Assembly: GCA_050273025.1 (NCBI GenBank)
Contig: CP158635.1
Coordinates: 22,134,001-22,198,000, forward strand
Reading direction: 5' to 3'
DNA length: 64,000 bases
DNA from: Cenococcum geophilum
Lineage: Eukaryota
This document shows, one piece after another, positions 55,844 through 64,000 of this stretch. The stretch's first letter is position 1. Every line of letters starts with the position of its first letter. The position numbers and the translations under genes were made by a program. Below the pieces are notes generated by a model, which did not search any database, had not been told where the DNA came from, and saw nothing but the letters and a program-made list of their open reading frames with translations.

Positions 55844-56559
55844 TTATCTCAGTAAGCGACTCAGACGGCTGGCCCGCGCACTGCGTTTTTTATGATTTTT
55901 GATTAGTAACGCAGGCTTGTCCTGCCGTCTGAGGGCCTATGGTGCGAGCTTTGGTGAGGCTCGACTTCAATTTTCGCAATTTTGTATGAGAGACACTTTC
56001 ACCTGTATATTTGACTCCTCAACAACACCTATTTAACCTAATAAGCTAATAAGTCAAATCAGACCAGTCTCCTCTATAATTGATTAGATTTTTATTAAAA
56101 TATAAAGCTGTTAACTGGGTAAAATTTAGGTAGATTTTACGACAAAATTGCGCCCGTAAGGCTCTGGCGAGGCTCTGGGCGAGGCTCAAGGCAAGATTTT
56201 AAGTCAACGAGTCGACCCAAGCCTGATCAACGACGTTTTTCTACCTGTAATTTTAACAACTTACTTTTATTCTATAGGGTTTTTATATAAATATTCTTAA
56301 AAAGTAGCTTTAGTTATATAATCGATTAGATTTTTAAAAGTACGTTATTTAAGGTGGAAGTAGGGCATTAAAAAAGGTAAAAGAAGATTTTAGTCTTGAA
56401 TCGACCCTCCTATATTTTTGCACCAAAGGCCCTCAGACGGCAATTGAGACAGCATTGTTGATTAATCCTAACTAACCCTAATTCGTCTGTAAAGTATACT
56501 AGTTAAGTACTAGCGAGATTTACTGTTTCAATTGCCGGCTGAGTCGCTTACTGAGATAA
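55844..56559. mobile_element. Non-coding TIR element E1 (716 bp) with a hairpin at each end
   Basis: 26-bp TIR TTATCTCAGTAAGCGACTCAG(A/C)CGGC (25/26 match); flanks GCGGGGAC/GCGGAGAC (8-bp TSD with one G>A); inner IR 55924-55945 versus 56420-56441. Confidence 0.88.
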
Positions 56560-56570
56560 GCGGAGACGCG

Positions 56571-57340
56571 TTATCTCGGTCCCAGACGATCAACCAATCA
56601 TAAGCTGCTTACATAACAGATTAATCATCTTATGTTGTTGTCGTCTGGTATTTACCTCAGAAGCTCAGACTAAGAAATCGATTGCGCTGGCGCGCTAATC
56701 TCCTTCGGATATTTGATCGATTTCTTGGTCTGAGGCACTTTGGCGAGATTTGTATGGAAACATAAGCATTTTTAGTAAGGAAAACTCACAAACCCCAACA
56801 AAATTAATCAACATCCCCACAACATATTTTAAGGTAAAAATTATATCAAATTACTTAGGAGATTAAGCTCTATAGATTATGAGATTTTAGGCTTTTTATA
56901 TTTTTATATGGGCCCGTACGGGCCTATACAAAAAGTGCTTATGCTTTTAACAACAGGAATTTCAACTTTAACGAAATTAATCTCAGATTCGGGAGGGGAT
57001 AATGCAATTTAAAGCCCTTTGATGTATAAAGTAGCGCCCTAAAATTTATGTATTAACTTTTGGAGACTTTATTTTATTATGTCGTGGAGGAAATCCCCTT
57101 ATAAAATTGCCAAAACTAAGATTTTTGCTTATGCTTTTAACAAAACTCGCCAAACGCTCTCAGACGTGATTTTGGTGGATGTTAGTCAACTTGTTAACGG
57201 GCCGAAGGAACATCCGCTCCAATCAAATTCACGTCTGAGCTCGCTGAGGTAAGTCTGGTATTATCTCGGTCCCAGACGATCAACCAATCATAAGCTGCTT
57301 ACATAACAGATTAATCATCTTATGTTGTTGTCGTCTGGTA
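56571..57340. repeat. Identical 80-bp direct repeats (56571-56650 and 57261-57340), each an imperfect hairpin; probable left end of a third element, E3
   Basis: TTATCTCGGTCCCAGACGATCAACCAATCATAAG...CTTATGTTGTTGTCGTCTGGTA, identical at 80/80 positions. Confidence 0.92.
56652..57252. mobile_element. Non-coding TIR element E2 (601 bp), same architecture as E1 but different sequence
   Basis: TIRs TTACCTCAGAAGCTCAGAC and GTCTGAGCTCGCTGAGGTAA; flanked by GTCTGGTAT on both sides (9 bp); terminal hairpins at 56664-56734 and 57159-57239. Confidence 0.88.
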
Positions 57341-57424
57341 CACGGTTTGGAAATTTATTAGTCCCTCGCGCCAATTTGTATGTAATTCTCATACAAACTC
57401 GCGCGCCATACTAAATTATTTAGC

Positions 57425-57735
57425 TATTAATCAATAACGAACCAACGCCTTTATAAATAATCAGCCAACGTTATGTTCTAGAACTTTATAGGGCGATTTT
57501 AATGCTACCAAAATTATTGCGAACGGCCTGGTGGTTACTACTACATTTTGCCTTAAATAAGCGAATCTTCCCTTTAAAGCTCTGCTTAAAACTCTACTAC
57601 TATTAATTAATAATAAACTAACGCCTTTATAGATAATCGGCCAACGTTATATTCTAGAGCTTTATAAGGCAATTCTAACGCTACCAAAATTATTATAAAC
57701 GGCGTTATGGTTACTGCTACATTTTGCCTTAAATA
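57425..57735. repeat. ~176-bp tandem duplication
   Basis: AACGCCTTTATA...CCAACGTTAT.TTCTAG...GCTACCAAAATTATT...CTACATTTTGCCTTAAATA occurs twice. Confidence 0.85.
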
Positions 57736-57874
57736 TTACTACTAAAATAGTAAATATTTAGCTAGAGCTATTAACCATTACCAATCCTTAATATTTATAG
57801 TAGATAAATACCTAAATAGCTAATGTATTGTATCTAGACTAACTCTGGGCCTTATTACCTGCTTTATTGCTCTT

Positions 57875-58600
57875 CCGCTGCCTGCATAAACGCCTGCACG
57901 AAAGCCTGCACGAAAGCCTGCACGAGGCCTGCACGAAGCCTGCACGACGTCTGCACGAACGCCTGCACGAATACAAACTCTATATAAAGCTCTGCACAAG
58001 GCTCTGCACGAGGCTCTGCTTAAAGCTCCGGTCGAAGCTCTGGTCGAAGCTCTGGTCGAAGCTCTGGTCGAAGCTCTGGTCGAAGCTCTGGTCGAAGCTC
58101 TGGTCGAAGCTCTGGTCGAAGCTCTGGTCGAAGCTCTGGTCGAAGCTCTGGTCGAAGCTCTGGTCGAAGCTCTGCTCGAAGCTCTACTCAAAGCTCTGCT
58201 CGAAGCTCTGCACGAGGCCCTGCTCGAAGCTCTGCTCGAAGCTCTGCTCGAAGCTCTGCACGAGGCTCTACTCGAAGCTCTGCACGAGGCCCTGCTCGAA
58301 GCTCTGCTCGAAGCTCTGCTCGAGGCTCCGCTCGAAGCTCCTTGAGGCTCCGCTCGAAGCTCTGCTCGAGGGTCTGCTCGAAGCTCTGCTCAAAGCTCTG
58401 CTCGAAGCTCTGCTCGAAGCTCTGCCCGAAACCCTATATAGAGCCCTAAAGCTCTACTAACACGCAGCACTAATGTATTAGGAAGGTTCTATAATTGGCC
58501 ATATAACTACCTATACAATTAATTGTTATATAATTATTTTTATAGATAGCTTTATAAATAGCTCTATAAATGTTATATAATTACCTATATAAACGCCTAT
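57875..58600. repeat. 12-bp minisatellite (AAGCTCTGGTCG / AAGCTCTGCTCG); weakly RIPed reverse-complement relative of the 9880-12055 satellite
   Basis: About 11 perfect AAGCTCTGGTCG units at ~58035-58167; 58441-58500 is the reverse complement of the CCTTCCTAGTATATTAGT...GAGCTTTAGAGCTC anchor. Confidence 0.93.
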
Positions 58601-59196
58601 TATAAGGTAATAAGCTTTATATTACTTAGTTATTAAATGGCTTAAAAAGGTAATAAGTATTTAATTTAATACTAGATATACTATATAGAATATCTTATCT
58701 TATACCTATTAATATATTAATTAACTCTATAAAAAGATAAGATATTTAATTATACTATTGCGGCTCCCGTTAGGGTCTATATAGTATGTCTATATAGGTC
58801 TATATAATATATAAAAGGGAAACTATATAGCTAGAGCTAAATAATACCTCTTCTTCTACTATTATATAGTCTATATAACCTCTTTTCTAATTAGTAACTA
58901 TTAAGTATAAGTAGGTGTCTCCTTAAGGCGCTATAGAAAAGTTATCTTAATATATACTCCTAAGTCTATCTAGTAGGTATATAGTTAGGGCCTAGGTTCT
59001 ATTTCTAATTACTTTAGTTATTTAAATAGAATATAAACTAGCAGTTTATAAGGATAATAGTATAGAAGGCTAGTAGTAAGTTTAGTAATAAGGAGGTAGA
59101 TATAAAATAGGGGTTATAGGGATTTAATATATATTATATATACTACCGTCTATATTATTATCTATAGCTCTATAGCCTATAAGCCTAATAGGGCTA

Positions 59197-61921
59197 TTAC
59201 TTTTTTTATTACTTTTTTATTTTCTAAAAAAGGAATATTAGTATAATAGTATTATAGCGCGTTACCTACTATACTCTACTATGCCTATAATATTCTACTA
59301 TGCCTATAATATTCTACTATATTCTATAATACCTATAGTATTTATCCTCCTTTTTTTAAAGTACTTTTTAGCTTTTTCTTTTAACTTAAGCTAGCTCTCT
59401 AGCTAGTAAGAGGTATAGTAGGAGGTTTATCTATATAAGCTAATCTATAACTACCTTAGTAGCCTTTAGGTTAGCTAGGAGCTCTCTATATAAGAATATT
59501 TTAGTATAGTAATATATTTCCGCTTAGCCGGTAGTATATTTAGGGTAGAATACTACTATATATATTATTAGTTATTAGTTATAGCTAGAGTAAGTAGGCT
59601 AGAGTAGGTACCCTAATACTTTTTAATAGCAAAGATATCTATTAGGCTTTATATATTTAGTTCTAAGTAGCATATTAATTATACTCTTTACTTTAATAAG
59701 CCTTATATAGCATTAAAACCCTATTTTACTTTATAGCTTAGCCTAGGCTATTATATAGTAAGTAAGTATACTTTAGTATTTTTTCTACTCCTTTTCTTAT
59801 TACTTTTTAAATATTTATTATACTCTAGCCCTTCTACTCCTTCTATAATATATTATAGATAGTATAACGGCTCGAACTATCGAACAAATGTCTCGACAGA
59901 GACTTGAACGAATGCTTGCAAGATCAAGCGAACGAATGCTGTATTACGAAGATATTAAGCTAAGGAGCAAGAGAAGGTGGTGAGGCCACGTCTATATACA
60001 CATGCCAAGTCTTAAGCGAACCCCTGACTAGGTGACGCGCTCCAGCGCCGTCACAGATAGGTCTATTAGCTATATATATATATATCCCTAGAATAGTAAT
60101 TACTATCCTTTTAAGCTTATCCTATTTAGTAGGCTATATTAATAGCTTTATTTTAGGCTGAAGCTAGTAGGCTATTATAGACTATATAGTATTATATTCC
60201 CTCTTAATATATTCTCTTTATATAGACTATAGCTAGCTCCTTTAAGTATATCTAGAGCGGCGGAAACTCTATCTTATACTTAAGTACTACTATTAGTATT
60301 AATTTATATACTTTATAATAGTGCAAAGGCATAAGTTCTATACTATACCTATCTAGTATAGCTTAGTTTTACTTATCTCCTTAGGCTTTATCTACTCTAG
60401 TAGTAAGTATTAAGTATTATATCTATATAAAATTACTAACTAAACTATAGTAGAGTATATTATCTACACCTTTTAAAGGGAGACGCCCTATATAAAGGCT
60501 ATAAGCTAGGTTAGTATGGCTATTTAGGTAACCATTTTTACCTTAATAATATTAATATACGGCCCCTATTTAAGCTTTAAGTTAATCTATACCTTTAGTA
60601 TAAATAGGTTACTAACTAGGCCCTCTATAAAGCTATATATATTAACTATAGCTTTATATTAAACTTCTTATAGCTCCTTATAAAGTGGATAAAGTAATAC
60701 TTTTTAGGGGTAAATACTACCCTATATTGGCGTGCCTATATAATATATACTTTATACTCCCTTTTTAGGGCTTTACAGTTCTCCTTTATAGTTTTACTAT
60801 ATATTAGTGTATTAGAGTTATTAATAAACCTAAATACTGTAGTACTAAGCCTTAGGGTATACTAATATTTATCTATATTATTTATGCTATATAGCCCCTA
60901 ATTAAGAGCCTTGTTATTTAATCCTTAAGGAAGGACTTTATAAACTATACTATCTAATAGGGTATGGCCTAGGCCTTTATATTATAGATTATTCTTTTAT
61001 AAGAAACTTAGTTAAAGGCCTTAGAAATATTAAGGCTAAATAGTTAGGCTACTAGGTTTAGGCTACTCCTTTATACTATATATACCTATTAGGTTAATAG
61101 CTCTAGCGCTATCTATATTAAGCGCCCTAGCCTTATTTCTATTTAGCTAGCTAGTAGTATATCTTTCTTTTTTATAATTCTAGATAGCTAACTAGCTACT
61201 ATTTCTTTTTTAAGTAGTTTCCTAATAGTATTAAGCAGCATAATTAGCTAGTAGGCTTTTACTATAGTATAAAACAGCTTTTATGGTTTTTAAAGAACTA
61301 CTATAATAGAGTTTTTAAATAGCTTTAGGTAATATATAGCTGCTAAAGAGCTTAGCTAGCACTAGGGCTAGCTACTCTTTACATATTTTAAAGAATTAAT
61401 TAGTAATCATTTTTAGGCCTAGGGCCTTATTAGGGGTAAGCCCCTTTAAAACTATAATAATATCCTCCTCTTCTACTTCTTTCTTTATAGTTTATAGCTT
61501 TAGGTATATAAAATCTAGTATAATACTAAGGTCCGCCTCTATAAGTAGCAGGAAGAAATGCTCTATAAGGATAGTAGTCTTCTCCTTATTATTATAGTAT
61601 AGGGTTTTTTCTCCTAGTCTACTAATAAGTAAAAACTATAGTAAAGCCTTTAGCTTCCCGTCCGCTATATATACCTATTTTACTATTCTTTATACCCCCT
61701 TAGGGTCGCTTATTAGCCTTTTACTAGATTAACCTTTTCTTTTTATTATATATAACTCTATAGTTAATCTAGTTTAGTATTAACTATAAGGCCTTTTACA
61801 CCTAAAAGGATTACTAGGTTTCCTTTACCTCCCCTATATATTTCTTTAACTATACTCTAAAGGCTTATAGTAAGGGTTATATACTAGATACTATCTTTAC
61901 TATAATATTCTTAATTAGTTA
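59197..61921 (-). mobile_element. LINE (Tad1-like) relic 1: RT, C-terminal zinc knuckle and A-rich tail; heavily RIPed
   Basis: De-RIP motifs EHFFPAPAEADLS (~61525-61565), DKAPGP (~61415-61435), KAYRPITLLNTIGK (~61215-61260), GIPQGS and FVDD (~60815-60865), Cys/His knuckle ~59545-59620; A-rich tail ~59197-59225. Confidence 0.8.
59863..60055 (-). mobile_element. Solo LTR (193 bp), same family as 13983-23951, inserted in LINE 1
   Basis: TATAACGG...CCGTCACA; TSD GATAG at 59858-59862 and 60056-60060. Confidence 0.95.
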
Positions 61922-64000
61922 ATATTATTATTCATTGCTTAACGTCCAATTTAGATCCCTATTAGGCCCACGCGGACTACTCCTTATATACATATGGGGA
62001 GAAAACTCTATTTGAGAAAACCCCGTAATCCATCTCCCCGCCTTTTAGGACTCGCTTATAAGGCGCCTACGAGGCGCCTACGAGGCGCCTGCGAGTCACC
62101 TGTAGTGCTCTACTACCTTACTTTTTAACCTCCTTAGGAACCACTGCTGCCGTAACAAGCCTACGGACGCACTAGTATTGCAAACTTTACTCTACCACTA
62201 TAGAGTTATTAGGGGGCGCCCGTTGCTTACCCCCCCGCCCTTTATTGCTATTTTCTTTATAACCTAGAACTAGTTTAGTACATTTTAGCTAATAAGCCAC
62301 TGGGTAACCGCCTTAAGGCCTTTTTATATTAAGAGTAGTGTATTATAGTTCTCTGTGCTAGCTACTAAGAGTATTACTTCTCGGTTAGTGCGTAAGGGGT
62401 ATAATAGTATTACGTGTTTTAGTGTCTGTCTTAGCTAGCTATATTTGCATCTTAGGCTACCTACTAGGACACCCACCTAGTAGAGCCAGTCTTTTAGTCC
62501 TATTATTCCTATTCTTAAGAGTGTTACTATTATATTTTCTGCCTTTGTTAGGCCTTCTTAGAGCCCTAAAGTGTTTACCCCCTATAGCGTTAACTATACT
62601 ACGGCTTGGGTTCCTTTTGCCTTAGTTAGCCTCTATACCTTTAACTCCTATATACCTCTCTAGCGTTGGTTCAGCCAGTGTTATATTATAGTAGATAGTT
62701 TCCTAGCATTCTTTTATACTCTACTTTTACTCCTTTTTTTTTCTTACTGTTGTCTTTACTGGCCTCTTATACGTCTTCCTTCCTCCTCTATATGGGCCTA
62801 GGCCCTAAAGCAGCACTATTCTTCTTTTGCTTTCTTTACCTGTTTCTCTAATATATCTTCCCTACTTTAGGGTTGTTGGTTTGTTCTCCTATAGGGCGCC
62901 CTAGGGTCCCTCTATAGTTTATTTAGGCGTGTTTTAATATACTTTATAATATTAGAGTTGCGTTTATTTTACGCCCTTTATATTATAGCGGCTTTAATAT
63001 ATAGTTATAGGGGGGGAATATTAGCTTCCTTTTTAAGTAGTACTGTGGCCGTTCGCTTATATCCGCCTATTATGCTCTAGAGGTAGGCTATTTGGACCTT
63101 TTAAAGTAGTTTAAGGAGCGATTTAGGGGGGCCTTTCTTAGATTCTCTAATGGCCTAAATACTGGACCTATACGTTATAGTTGGCCGGACAACTGCTATA
63201 TATAGTAGGCGTAACCTCTAGAAGCATAGACCCTATATAGAATTAACAATCCTAGATAATGCGATATACTATGCTTAGCCTTTGCGGGCCGCTTATACCG
63301 TATATACGCTTTACCGGAGCTTGCTATCTACCTATACTCCTAATACCCTTAGACCCTAAACTAGTTGACCCCTAAAGCCTTAGATATAGATTATATACTA
63401 GAGATCTATAGATTAGTTACGTTTTCTTATAAAGTAGATTAGCTAGTATTTCTCTAGTAAGAATTAGACTCTATATTATCTTGCCTATTCTATATAGGTA
63501 TTATAAGCTTTCTCTAGTGTTCTATAATTTTTTGCGGCTGTTGGCCTGTATATAATTAGGTTTATATTATTAATAAAGCCTATCCCCTAGGTCGCCCCTT
63601 CCTTAAAGGAGTTAAGTAGGTTGCTTATAAAGAAAAGGAAGAGTATAGGCGAGAGGGGTAATCCTTATGGTATTCCTGTTATAACTATAATAGGGGGGCT
63701 CTGGTATCCGCTGAAGACTAATAATATTTCTTTTTAACCTATAAACCCTTAAACAAATTATATAATCTATTCTGGGAAGCCTTTTACCTTAAGGATGTAT
63801 AGGAGACGCTTATAGGGTACGTTATTATAGGCGCCGCTAATATCTAGGCTGAGTATTAATACTATAAAGTCCCTTCGCATCGCCTATGCGGATTTAATGG
63901 TGGTAGCGAGTAGCGTAAGTGCTAATAGTGTTAAGCGGTTCTTTCTTGCCCCTATTTAGCTTTATAGTAGTAGGTTATATTCCTTAGCCGTATCTGCTAT
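61922..64000 (-). mobile_element. LINE (Tad1-like) relic 2; its 3' end abuts LINE 1 and it continues beyond the window
   Basis: De-RIP motifs LSLDISGAYDNVPH (~63812-63855), TGIPQGSPLSPILFLFF (~63628-63680), GFVDDTNL (~63557-63582), LEKEANIPP (~63010-63037), CKCGWPRQTPKHVILLCP (~62397-62450); (AAT)n-like tail ~61922-61933. Confidence 0.88.

Noticed and set aside
57820..58460. ORFs of 197 aa (LWSK repeats) and 123 aa (RAST repeats)
   Set aside because: They are translations of a stop-free 12-bp minisatellite; the homologous array at 9.9-12 kb is non-coding.
58600..61921. Possible telomere-linked RecQ helicase or Starship captain (DUF3435)
   Set aside because: The readable motifs are LINE reverse transcriptase (KAPGP, GIPQGS, FVDD); no helicase or tyrosine-recombinase motifs were found.
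61935..62045. LTR-plus-PPT-like segment (CCCCGTAATCCATCTCCCCGCC)
   Set aside because: It lacks TG...CA termini and a partner; it lies in the 3' UTR of LINE relic 2.

Overview
This window looks like a repeat-induced point mutation (RIP) graveyard from a filamentous ascomycete: AT-rich, TpA-enriched, CpA/TpG-depleted, with no intact host gene. The organism assignment is an inference from the RIP pattern and TE types. Nearly all of it resolves into nested transposon relics, most with readable target-site duplications (TSDs). From left to right: a Ty1/copia element inserted in a Helitron Rep/PIF1-helicase gene (which also holds a solo LTR); a Helentron-like non-autonomous element built from higher-order 12-bp satellite; a four-level nest (Gypsy 3' end > solo LTR > two-gene IS630/Tc1 transposon > Gypsy); a non-coding LTR element with internal tandem repeats; three nested chromoviral Gypsy elements (30487-52436); a truncated Gypsy gag; and two LINE relics. 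The most unusual structure is at 55844-57340, where three different short elements share TT(A)(T/C)CTC(A/G)G termini and CAGAC...GTCTG terminal hairpins and are stacked within a few bases of each other. Also notable are a spliced antisense Cys-cluster/coiled-coil gene conserved in two Gypsy families, and a convergent Cys/His-motif second gene in the Tc1 element. Protein motifs quoted below are my manual de-RIP readings (undoing C>T and G>A changes), not database hits.
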